A stretch of DNA of 64,000 nt, taken from the NCBI RefSeq assembly GCF_009914755.1, contig NC_060947.1; one strand, written 5' to 3'. The DNA comes from the human T2T-CHM13v2.0 reference genome, Homo sapiens. The stretch's first letter is position 1. Each line of letters opens with the position of its first letter. Positions 13,411 through 25,074 of the stretch are shown here, piece by piece. The notes under the pieces were generated by a model. The model was not told where the DNA came from, did not search any database, and was given only the letters and a program-made list of their open reading frames with translations. The position numbers were made by a program, and so were the translations under genes.

Positions 13411-15735
13411 AATGGGGATGTGGTGGGAATCACTATCCCTGCATCTTTCAAGTCATTGATGGGAGCGATTATCTTTGCAATCCCTCCAGGGATGTAATTT
13501 GGTTTTGAGTTACTATTATTCTAGGTAGAGGCAGCTCTAATGACTTCCATTTGGCATTTCCCACCATAATAGCGCTCACTCTACCAGTCAGGGAGTCAAT
13601 GTGAGGATTCTGCCAACTGCTAAGTATGTCTATTCTAATTACGCATTCTGGAACTGGAGATGTGACCACAGGATGAGTCCAGGGACCCACTGGACTCACT
13701 GTACATCAGATCTGAGCTAAAACTTCATAAATTAACTGACATTCATAAGCCTCTCCTCTGACTGGAGGGCCACAATGATGTTTTGGGTCCCCTGGAATTA
13801 ATGTCAGTTTAGAGCCAGTGTCCAGTAGTCTCCTAAGGTCTGATCATTTCTTTTTCACCAATGCAATTATCCTGCTAAAAGGCCAGAGGTCTTCCTGTGG
13901 AAGGATGGGAGAAAAATTAACAGTATAAACTGTCAGTAATGTAGTGGGGTCCTTCCTCAAGGGGACTGGACTCTTCTTCATTCAAGGGGTTCTGGGTGTA
14001 CAAACTGGTTCAAGTCTGGAAATTGATTGAGGGGCCATGATTCTCTGATTCTCTATTTTTATAATTCAAATTAGTCTTTTGTCCACTTGACCTGGAAGTT
14101 TCTGCTTATACAAATTAAGTGAGAATTTAGTAGGCTTCTTATCAATTTCACTTCTAGGAGTATCATGATTAATTAGCCAATTCCAGAGCTCTACATGAGT
14201 CAGACTTTTATGATTGGTGCTTTGCCTCTGCTGTTCATTATGGCAACTACACCCACCTTGCCTTTGATGGTTAAGTGCTGCCACTTGGCCCCTGCCACCT
14301 CAGGATCCAAATATTCCCATTGCATTTAAGTTTTCCAGTTGAATGACTGTGGTTCCCACTGTAAGATCTGACATACAGAGAAGAGCAATCATAGAACTCT
14401 TCAAGGGTGCATATCTATTTTGAAAGGTATTTGTGAAGGGTGTGTCTTCTGGACCCTCCCAGTTGGGATCAGTAGGTCTAAAGTTACTAATCGACTGAAG
14501 TATTTCGATCTCCCTATGCCTCTGGATGCTTTCCTCTACATTAAACCAAGGGAGATCAAGAATTTTCAGCTCGCTCACAGTGGACCATCTTTTGATCCAT
14601 GTATCAGCTAACCAAGCAAAAAAACTATAATAACTTTTTTTTAACTCCCCTAGTTTCAACATTTAAATGCAGAATCCCTGCTTAGTGGGCCCATATCAAT
14701 AAATTCAGCCTGATCCAACTTTATGTTTCTTCTACCATTATCCTACACTCTTAATATTCATTCCCATACCTGTTCTTTAGATTTCTGCTTATATAAATTA
14801 GAAAACCCAAGCAGTTCTTTTGGAGTATAGCACATCTTCTCTTGGGTCACAATCTAAACTTCACCTCTAAAGGCCTACCAGGACTTTAATCTAATTATAG
14901 GCCTAGAAGCAAACACGGGTGATGGAGATGGGTCCTGAGGAGACTCAACATTGTCTTGACTGGCAATTGCCTCATGGGAGGCCATCACTGTTGCCTCAGG
15001 CAGTGCATGGTTAATTTACTCAGACAAAGGTAAAAAGGCGGATGGCGGAGTGGGTGGGAGAAGGGAGGTTGCCACCACTAGGGGAGGGGAGGCTGTTTCC
15101 TCTCTCAAAAAGGGCTCATCAGAATTTACAAGCTCAGTGTCCCCAACTTCATCAGGGTCCTCCCACACGTCCCGATTCCAAGTTGCAGGATCCCATCCTT
15201 TTCCAATCAATATCCTTATTCTAACAGTAGACACATGGTGAGACTGAGTGTGCACCTTTCGTTGCATGTCAGTCACTCCCACTATAAGAGCTTGTGTCTA
15301 ATTTTCCGCAATTTCAGCCCTTTGTCTATAGGAGATAAGATTCTCACTCAGGGCAATCTTAGAAGATTTGCGGCTCAGTATGTGCTTCTGGAGCCAGGAG
15401 TTAGAATCCTTGAGCTCATCTTTTTCTTTCATTGCTTTGTCCAGCAAACTTAGGAGCAACTTACCAACTTCATTATATTCATTGTTTCTCTACATACAAT
15501 CAAAGGTATTCTGTGTAGAGTCATTAAACTCTTTGCCTCTCAAGAGCTGTGAATTAGGAGTATCAGATGCATTTACTTTGCATAACTCTCAAAAGAGTAT
15601 GTGCCAAGGACTGTCAGTGTTCTGCATACTATTAGTAGTGTTCTTAGCATTTTGGGGTCTAATCACATTAAGCAGCCAACTCCAGAAACCTCAAAATCAA
15701 CTAAAGAAATCCGTCTTTAAAATTTTGTTCCTCTA

Positions 15736-15753
15736 GAACCACTCCTGTTACCG
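15736..15753 (-). promoter_or_regulatory. Primer-binding site, tRNA-Leu type (degenerate)
   Basis: Plus strand gaaccactcctgttaccg resembles the tRNA-Leu 3' end (...CCACTCCTGGTACCA) and lies just inside the 5' LTR. Confidence 0.75.
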
Positions 15754-15758
15754 AAATC

Positions 15759-16315
15759 TGTATTAGCTAGGGTTCTCTAGAGGGATAGAACTAATAGAAT
15801 ATATCTATATATGAAAGGAATTTTATTAATAATTGAATCACACAATCACATGGTGAAGTCCCACGATAGGCCATCTGCAAGCTGAGGAGCAAGGGAACTA
15901 GTAGTAGCTTAGTCTGAGTCCAAAAACCTGAAAAATAGGGAAGCTGACGGTGTGGCCTTCAGTCTGTGGCTGAAGACTCGAGGGCCCCTGGCAAAACACT
16001 GGTGTAAGTACAAAACTCTAAAAGCCAAAGAACTTGAAGTCTGATGTTCAAGGGCAGAAAGCATCCAGCACAGGAGAATGATGAAGGCTGGAAGACTTAG
16101 CAAGGATGCTCTTCCATCTTCTTCTGCCTGCTTTAATTCTAGCTGTGCTGGCAGCTGATTGGATGGTGCCCAACCAGATTGAGGGTGAGTCTGCTTCTCG
16201 CAGTCCAGTGACTCAAATGTTAATCTTCTCTGGCAACACCCTCACAGACACACCCAGAAATAATACTTTGCATCCTTTAATTTAATCAAGTTGACACTTA
16301 ATATTAACCATCACA
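15759..16315 (-). mobile_element. MLT2A2 LTR (5' LTR of the HERV-L)
   Basis: Plus strand tgtattag...gggttctctagagggatagaac to aagttgacacttaatattaaccatcaca (TG...CA termini); includes the longer MLT2A2-type middle segment. Confidence 0.9.
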
Positions 16316-16758
16316 CCCCTCTTGTTTTCAGGCTCCTCCTTTATGCAAACAGTCCTCACTGGCAATGAAAGAGGAAGATATTTAAATTAAATGTGAGTTT
16401 ACAGTTATAATGTGACCTGAACCAGACTTTTAATAACCACATACGACTGAGAGGTTATGTAATATACTCAAGGTGTCATTAAAGTACAGGAAAGAGAGAT
16501 GCACCATAGCTCAAGTGCTGGCAGAGATTGGAGAAAAAACACAAAATCTTTTCACATTTTTACTCCACCACATTGAAACTATTGAATAAATTGATTACAA
16601 TGGACGATAAACAATGCACCATTTCACTTCCTTTCTGTAACATAGCATAGTATTAGTCATATAGCAGGAGCCACAAATACCTGCTAATTTTACATGACCT
16701 AATTCAGAAAGGAAAATGGGTTATCACATATATTTTACCTTTAAATTAGAAAATGGCA

Positions 16759-17111
<353 letters not shown>

Positions 17112-17364
17112 CTAAAATAGTCAAGGTATGTTATTCAGTAAGACCCTAATCCCCCAATCAGGCACAGAACAGAGTGATATGAGAAAGGAGCAAGCAAAAA
17201 AGAGCAGGGAAATGTACTCTTGACATTTTTGACCTTACTATAAAATGAGCATGAGAATAGAAAGACAAGATGAGACCTAGAAAAAAATCTTAAGGGACCA
17301 CCATATCCAACACCCTGCCTTCAGTCAGGTGAGAATCTCCAGCATCCAAGAAAACATACAGTGT

Positions 17365-17446
17365 GTATATATATATATATATATACACACACATATATAT
17401 ATACACACACACACACATATATATTCACGCACATACACATACACAC
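17365..17446. repeat. (TA)n/(CA)n compound microsatellite
   Basis: Direct reading. Confidence 0.9.
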
Positions 17447-17447
17447 T

Positions 17448-17563
17448 AGCTGGGCATAGTGCCATGCACTTGTATTTCCAGCTACTTGAGAGGCTGAAGC
17501 AAGAAGGTTCCTCAGGAGTAGAAGCCCAGAAGTCCAAGACCAGTCTGGGCAATATAGTGAGAT
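17448..17563 (+). mobile_element. Alu monomer (FLAM-like)
   Basis: gctgggcatagtg...ccagctacttgagaggctga...agcccagaagtccaagaccagtctgggcaatatagtgaga. Confidence 0.8.
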
Positions 17564-17603
<40 letters not shown>

Positions 17604-17630
17604 TGTGTGTGTGTGTGTGTGTGTGTGTGT
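17564..17630. repeat. (CT)n(GT)n compound microsatellite
   Basis: Direct reading. Confidence 0.95.
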
Positions 17631-17899
17631 ATGAATTTCTCACTGCTTGGGGCATCTACTTGGTAAGTATTTTTTCTAAGTTTTTGATAGACAAAATTTT
17701 TTCTTATACCTATAATATTGCTGGTATTCACTTTCTCTAATTCAATTAATGTTCTTTTGAGAAATTTTTGTTACACTATATTATTATATATTTAAATGAA
17801 AAGACTTGTATTAACAGATCAAAAAGTACATATGGAAAGAAAACCATAGTGTTCATCAATCTTTACAATTTTAGTTCATACAATTGAATTAGGATAATT

Positions 17900-18317
17900 T
17901 TATGCCCTTGTCCTAGGTTAGGGCATGACAAAGATTTGCCTACTGCTCCTCCTCTGGCTGTGGTAAATGGTTTTCAAAAAGGGCCTGTGTCTATGCTATG
18001 CCAGTGAAAGATCTGATTAAGAAATAAGGTTCTCTTTGCTTTAGAATTGCTAATTGTAAAGATAATATATTTCTAAGGCTTTTGATATATATCTATGCTA
18101 CTACATGGTGGGAACCTCACTAACAATAATGACAGCAGTGAAAAGTGGAGCAAAGGGATAGAGAGAAAGATTGAGTCCTGCTAATCTCATTTGATCCATG
18201 CCTTTTTCAGTCATGTAAGTCAATAATCCTGTGAGTATTTGTACTTGTGTGGGTGCTTGCTTAGACTATTTTGAATTGGCTTTGTCGACTGCAACCACAA
18301 GAACCCTGACAAGTACA
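17900..18317 (+). mobile_element. Old MLT1-type MaLR LTR, degenerate
   Basis: 3' terminus 'ctgcaaccacaagaaccctgacaagtaca' resembles MLT1 ends; 5' boundary uncertain. Confidence 0.5.
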
Positions 18318-18411
18318 ATGAAATCTATTGTTTAACTATGTTCTAAACATCATACTAAGGCTTTTACATATACTAATTTCATAGTCCCAATGCCTTAGGA
18401 AGGTATTTCAT

Positions 18412-18560
18412 TGTAAGTGTTAAGAACTTGGATCCTGGACTGGGACTGCTTGGATTCAAATCACACCTCTACCACTTTGTGGCTTGTATGAACTCAAGCA
18501 ATTCACTATCTCTATGTGCCTCAGTTTGAGGGTGAAGGATAATAATAGTAATCATCTCAA
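18412..18560 (+). mobile_element. MIR SINE
   Basis: 'gttaagaacttggatcctggac...ggattcaaatc...tctctatgtgcctcagttt'. Confidence 0.75.
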
Positions 18561-18689
18561 TTTTTTGTGACTTTTAAATGGCATCTATATATATACAATT
18601 TATATGTGTATATATTCAATTTATATGTATATATATTATATATGTAGTTATTTTAACAGTTTTTGTGTTTTTGTCTCATAGAAAAGATG

Positions 18690-18840
18690 AGCTATTATTG
18701 TTTTTCGCTTCACAAATGAGAAGACTCTAGGCCAGAGAGGTTAATTTATCTAAGATAATACATTCAGGAAGGTTTGGATCTGTGATTTGAATTTATGTCT
18801 GTCAGGTTGAATCCCAAATTCTTCTTCTCAACCACCATAT
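18690..18840 (-). mobile_element. MIR SINE fragment
   Basis: 'cacaaatgagaagactctaggccagagaggttaa...gatttgaatttatgtctgtc'. Confidence 0.6.
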
Positions 18841-18929
18841 TAAATTCTCAATAATAATAAATCATGAATGAATAACAACAAATATTATAATAATTATGAT
18901 TGTCTTTTGGGGGAGAATGCCAGAATCTC

Positions 18930-20000
18930 TTTTTTTAAAAAAACTTTTAGGTTCAGGGTACATATGCAGGTTTGTTATACAGGCAAACTGCATGTCATGG
19001 GAGTTTGGTGTACAGATTACTTATTCGCCGAGATAATGACCGTAGTACCCAATAGGCAGTTTCTCAATCCTTACTCTCCTGTAATCCTCTATCCTCAAGT
19101 AGGCCTTGGTGTCTGGTGTTTCCTTGTGTTCATGTGTACTCAATGTTTACCTTCCACTTATAAAGTGAGAAAATGTGGTATTTGCTTTTCTGTTCCTGCC
19201 TTGGTTCACTTAGGATAATGACCTCCAGATCTATCCATGTTAGTGCAAAGACATAATCTCATTCATTTTTATGACTGTGTAATATTCCATGGCATATATG
19301 TACCACATTTTCTTTATCCAATCTATCACTTAGAGCCATTTAAGTTGATTCTCTCTTTGCTATTGTGAATAGTACTGTAATAAATATACATGTGTATGTG
19401 TCTTTATAATAAAATGATAAACATTTGGTTGGGTATATACCCAATAATGGGCTTGCTGGGTCAAATGTTAGTTCTAAGTTCTTTGAGAAATCATCAAATT
19501 GCTTTCCACAGTGGTGGAACTAATTTACAATCCCACCAGCAGTGTATAGCATTCTATTTTTTCAAAACCTCAGCAGTAACTTTTTTTTTTTTTTTTTTTA
19601 CTTTTTGATAATAGCAATTCTGACTGGTGAAAATAGTATCTCATTGTGGTTTTGATTTGCATTTCTCAAATGATTAGTGATGAGGAGCCTTTTTTCATAT
19701 ACTTGTTGGCTGCATTTATGTTTTCTTTTGAGAAATGTCTGTTCATGTTCTTTGCCCACTTTTTAATTTTTTTTAATATTTTGCTTGTTAATTTGTTTAA
19801 ATTCCTTATAGATTCTGGATATTAGACTTTTGTCAGATGCATAGTATGCAAATATATTCTTCCATTCTTTAGGTTGTCTGTTTACTCTGTTAATAGTTAC
19901 TGTACAGAAAACTATTTAGTTTAATTAGATCTTATTTGTCAATTTTACTTTTGTTGCAATTACTTATGTTATTCTGTCATGAAATCTTTGCCCATTCCTC
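18930..20000 (-). mobile_element. 5'-truncated L1, L1PA13-16-like 3' end
   Basis: 'aacttttaggttcagggtacatatgcaggtttgttatacaggcaaactgcatgtcatggga' antisense 3'UTR, then ORF2 C-terminal sequence. Confidence 0.88.
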
Positions 20001-23000
20001 TCTATGTCCATATGTACATATTTTTTAGCTCCCACTTTTGAGTAAGAATATGTGAGATTTGTCCTTCTGTGTCCAAACTGTTTCACTTAAGATAATGACC
20101 CCCAATTTCATCCATTTTGTTGCAAAAGATATGATTTCACTCTTTATGCTTGAATAGTATTTCATTGTATATATACATCACTTTTTTTAACCGATCATCT
20201 GTTGATAGACACTGTATTAGTCTGTTCTCACATTGCTATAAAGACATACCTGAGACTGGATAATTTATGGAGAAAAAAGGTTTAATTGACTTATGGTTCC
20301 TCAGGCTGTACCGGAAGAATGGCTGGGGGGCCTCAGGAAACTTACAATCACAGCAGAAGGGCAAAGGTGAAACAAACACATCTTCACATGGTGGCAGGAG
20401 AGAGAGAAAAAAGGGGGAAGTGCCACACACTTTTACACAACCAGATCTTGCAAGAATTCACTCACTATCATGAGAACAGCAAAGGGGAAACACATCCCCA
20501 TGATCCAATCACCTCCCACCAGGTTTCTCTCTCAACATTGGAAATTGCAATTCAACAGATTTGGGTGGGGACACAGAGCCAAACCATATCATTCCACCCC
20601 TGCCCCCCTCCCATAGCTTATGTCCTTCTCACATTTCAGAACACAAGCCTGCCTTCCCAACAGTCCCCAAAGTCTTAACTCATTCCAGCATTAACTCAAA
20701 AGTCCAAGTCCAAAATCTTATCTGAGACAAATTAAGTCCCTTCCGCCTATGAGCCCATAAAAATCAAAAACAAGTTAGTTACTTCCAAGATACAATGGGA
20801 GCATGGGTATTGGGTAAATACTTTCGTTACAAAATTGGGAAATTGGCCAAAACAAGGGGCTACAGGCCCCATGCAAGTCCTAAACCCAGCAGGGAAGTCA
20901 TTATACCTTAAAGCTCCAAAATAATACCCTTTGACTCCATGTCTCACATCCAGGCCACACTGATGCAAGGGGTGGACTCTCAAGGCCTTGGACATCTGCA
21001 CCCCTGTGGCTATGCAGGGTATAGCACTCTTGGCTGCTTTCACAGGCTGAAAAAGTTGAGTGTTTATGGCTTTTCCAGGTGCACGGTGCAAGCTGTCAGT
21101 GTATCTACCATTTTGTGGTCTGGAGGATGGTGGCCCTCTTCTCATAGACTCACTAGGCAATGCCCCAGTGGGGACTCTGTATGGGGGCTCCAACTTCACA
21201 TTACTCCTCTGCACTGTGCTAGTAGAGGTTCTCCATGAGGCTTTTGCCCCTGAAACACACTTCTGCATGGATATCCAGGAGTTTCCATACATCCTGTTCA
21301 ATCTAGGCAGAGGTTCCCATCCCTAACTCTTGCCTTCTGCACACCACCAGGCCCAACACCACGTGGAATAAACCAAGGCTTGGGGCTTGCACCCTCTTAG
21401 GTAATGTTCCAAGCTGTACCTTGGCCCCTTTTAGCTATGGCTGGAGCTGGATTGGCTGGAACGCAAAGTGCTGTGTCCCGGGGCAGCACAGGGCAGCAGG
21501 GCCATGAGTCTGGCCCACTAAACAATTTTTCTCTCCTAGGCCTTCAGAACCATGATGGGAGGAGCTATCATGAAGGTCTCTGAAATGCTCTGGAGGGATT
21601 TTCCCCATTCTCTTGGCTATTAACATTTGGCTCCACTTTACTTATGCAACTTTCTGCAGCCTTGAATTTCTCCCCAGAAAATGGTATTTTCTTTTCTATG
21701 ACATTGTCAGGCTGCAAATTTTCCAAACTTTTATGCTCTGCCTCCCTTTTAAATATAAGCTCCAGTTTCAGACCATCTGATTGCAAAAGCATATGAGTGT
21801 ACACTGTAAGAAGTAGCTAGGCAACACCTTGAATGCTTTACTCCTTAGAAATTTCTTCTGCCAGATACCCTAAAACATCTCTCTCAAGTTCAAAGTTCCA
21901 CAGATCCCTAGAGCAGGGGCACAATGCCACTAGTCTCTTTGCTAAAACTTAGCAAGAATGACCCAGTTCCCAATAAGTTTCTCATCTCCACCTGAGACCA
22001 CCTCAGCGAGTACTTCACTGTCCATATCACCATCAGCATTTTGGTCACAACCATTCAACAAGTCTCCAGGAAATCTGAAACTTACTCTCATCTTCCTGTC
22101 TTCTTCTGAGCCCTCCAAACTGTTCCAATCTCTGCCTGTTACCCAGTTTTAAAGTCGCTTCCACATTTTCAGATATCTTTATACCAATGCCCACCTTCCC
22201 TGGTACCAATTTTCTGTATTAGTTCATTCTCACATTGCTATAAAGACATATCTGAGGCTGGATAATTTATGGAGAATAAAAGGTTTCATTGACTCATAGT
22301 TCCACAGGCTGTACAGGAGGCATGGATGAGGAGGCCTCAGGAAAATTACAATTATGGCAGAAGGGTGAAGGAGAAGCAATGATGTCTTTGCATGGTGGCA
22401 GGAGAGAGAATAAAAGGGGAAGTGCTGCACACTTTTAAACAAGTAGATCTTATGAGAACTCATTCACTATCACAAGAACAGCAATTGGGGAAAACTGCCC
22501 CCATTATCCAAACACTTCCCACCGAGTTTCTTCCCCAACATTGGGAATTACAATTCAACATGAATGAGTAGGGACACAGAGCCCAATTATATCAGACACT
22601 TAGGTTGATTCCGTTTTTTTGCTATTGCAAATAGTGCTGCAGTAAACATATGGGTGCAGTATCTTTTTGATGTAATGATTTCCCATGAGTAGATAGGCAG
22701 TAATGAGATTGCTGGAGCAAATGGTAGTTCTATTTTTGGTTCTTTGAGAAATCTCCGTACTATTTACCATAAATGTTGTACTAATATACATTCCCACCAA
22801 CGGTGTAAAAGCTTACCCTTTTCTCTACATCCTCACAAACATCTTTTCTGTTTTTTTATAGCAGCCATTAGAGCAGGGTGGGATGATATCTCTTTGTGAA
22901 TTTCATTTGCATTTCCCAGACGATTAGTGATGGTGAGCATTTTTTTCACATACTTATTTGTCATATGTATGTCTTATTTTAAAAAAAATCTATTCATGTC

Positions 23001-24737
23001 CTTTGCCAACTTTTAATGGAATTATTATTTTTTGTTGAGTTATTTGCATATTCTGAATATTAGTATCTGGTTAGATGAATAATTTACAAATATATTTTTC
23101 AATTCTGCATGTTGTCTGTTCACTTTGTTGATTATTTCCTTTTCTTTGCAGAAGCTTTTTAGTTTAATTAAGTCTCATTTGTCTATTTGGGTTTTTTTTT
23201 GGTTGTGCTCTTGAGGTCTTAGCAGCAAATTATTTGCCTAGACCAATGTCCAGAATAGTATTGCCTAGGTTTTCTTGCAGGATTTTTATAGTCTCCGTTC
23301 TTATGTATAAATTTCTAATCCATCTTGGTTGATTTTTGTATATGGTGAGGGATAGAAGTCCAGTTTCATTTTTCTGCATATGGAAATCCAATTTTCCCAG
23401 CACAATTTGTTGAAAAGGGTGTCCTTTCCCCAATAAATGTTCTTGATAACTTTGTCAAAGATTAGTTGGCTGTTAATAAGTGGCTTCACTTCTGGTTCTC
23501 TATTCTGTTTTAATTATCTACATGTCTATTTTTAGACAAGAACCATGCTATTTTGTCTACTGTACAAAATGGTAGTGTAGATCTTTCTTTTAGATCCTGA
23601 TTGCAATTCTTTTGTATATATACCCAGAAGTTGGATTTCTGGATTATATGGTAGTTCTAGTTTAAATATATTACCCTTTTAATATAACTTGAAGTCAGGT
23701 AATGTGATGCCTTTGGCTTTGCTCTTTTTGTGTAATATTGTTATGTTTATTCAGGTTCTTTTTTGGTTCTGTGTGTATGTTAGAACTGACTTTTTTATGG
23801 TGCTGTGGAAAATGATGTTATTTTGATAGAGATTGCATTGAATCTGTTGATTGCTTTTGGTGGTATGGTCATATTAACAATATTAATTTTTCTGATTCAT
23901 GAGCATGTGATATTGTTTCATCTGTTTCTGTCATCTACAATTTTCTTTATCGGTGTTTTGTAGTGTTCCTCCTGGAGATTATTCATCTCTTTGGTTCAAT
24001 TTATTCTTAGGTAATTTTGTTGTAGTTATTTTGATGCAATTGCCTTCTTGATTTGGTTCCAGGAAAATTATTATTGATATATAGAAATGCCATTAATTTT
24101 TGTATGTTGATTTTGTATCCTGAAACATTACTAAATTCATTTATCAAACGTAAGAGTTTTTGGTGGAGTTTTTAGGTTTTACCAGATATAAGATTGTGTC
24201 ATCAGCAAACAGCTATAATTTGACGTCTCTTTTCCAGTTTCGATGCCTTTTATTTTTTTATCTTGCCTGACTGCTCTGGCTAGGGCTTTCAGTAGTATCT
24301 TGAGTAGGATTGGTGAAAATGGACATCCTTGTCTTGTTCCAGTTCCAGGGCTATTTGATGGCCCCTGAGGCCCAGTCCAGGCCTGGGGGCTTGGGCTCCT
24401 ATCCTGACATGGGTTCTATCCCCCACTGACAGCAGCCAGCACTCAGGGTGGTCCTTGGCAAGCAAGGACATAGAGAAAAGACTTTCACCTTTTACCTATT
24501 CAGTGTAATGTTGGCTATGGGTTTGTCATATATGGCCTTTATTATTTTGACATGTGTTTCTTATATGCTGAGTTTGAGGAGGCTTTCTTAATGAGAGATG
24601 CTGAATTTTATCAAATTATTCTTGTGTGTTTATTGAGATGATCATATGGGTTTTGTCCTTAATTTTGTTTATATGGTAATCACATTTATTGATTTGCATA
24701 TGTTAAACCATCGTTGAATCCCTGGAATAAAACCCAT
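20001..24737 (-). mobile_element. Older L1 (L1PB/L1MA1-like) ORF2, interrupted by a MaLR and two small inserts
   Basis: Continuous antisense ORF2 across the MaLR (gttgatagacac|ttaggttgattcc); ORF 23301..23489(-) QLIFDK...[15 protein letters not shown]. Confidence 0.88.
20213..22594 (-). mobile_element. Complete THE1D/MSTA-type MaLR: LTR 20213-20591, internal 20592-22214, LTR 22215-22594
   Basis: Two similar LTRs (tgtattag...atatca), perfect 5-bp TSD GACAC at 20208-20212 and 22595-22599, PBS-like ccctggtacca near 22198-22208, purine tract on minus strand next to the 3' LTR. Confidence 0.95.
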
Positions 24738-24831
24738 ATGATCCAATCACCTCCCATCAGGCTCCTCCACTGACATGTGGAGAGTACAATTCGACACGAG
24801 ATTTGGGTGGACACAGAGCCAAACACTATCA
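24738..24831 (-). mobile_element. THE1D/MSTA LTR fragment (~95 bp, 5' end only)
   Basis: atgatccaatcacctcccatcagg...gagatttgggtggacacagagccaaacactatca. Confidence 0.85.
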
Positions 24832-25074
24832 CTCACTGGCTCCTGTATTGGAGATTCACTTTTGGTTCCTAGCTGGTCCCAGCCACATAAGTTGCACATT
24901 TTCCTTTTCCTTCTCCTTCCTAGATATTAGTGTTTTGTGTTGTTTTTCTGCTGATTTCCCATGTTTCCTTTTGATTAATGTATTAAAAGTGTGATTGTCT
25001 ACATACTACTTTGGTCCTTCTAAATGGATGAGGTATTGCTAAAACGCTGTCACCAGCCATCTTAAAAAAAATCC

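Larger units (their letters stand above)
10711..15758 (-). mobile_element. HERV-L internal region (gag-pro-pol-dUTPase), decayed, 3' end deleted
   Basis: Minus-strand [41 protein letters not shown]; integrase-region TAECPICPQQR, GDQPATW; gag WDPATWNRDVWEDPDE; dUTPase RLPPGHF...VMVLAGAIDPD near 10.75-10.87 kb. Confidence 0.95.
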
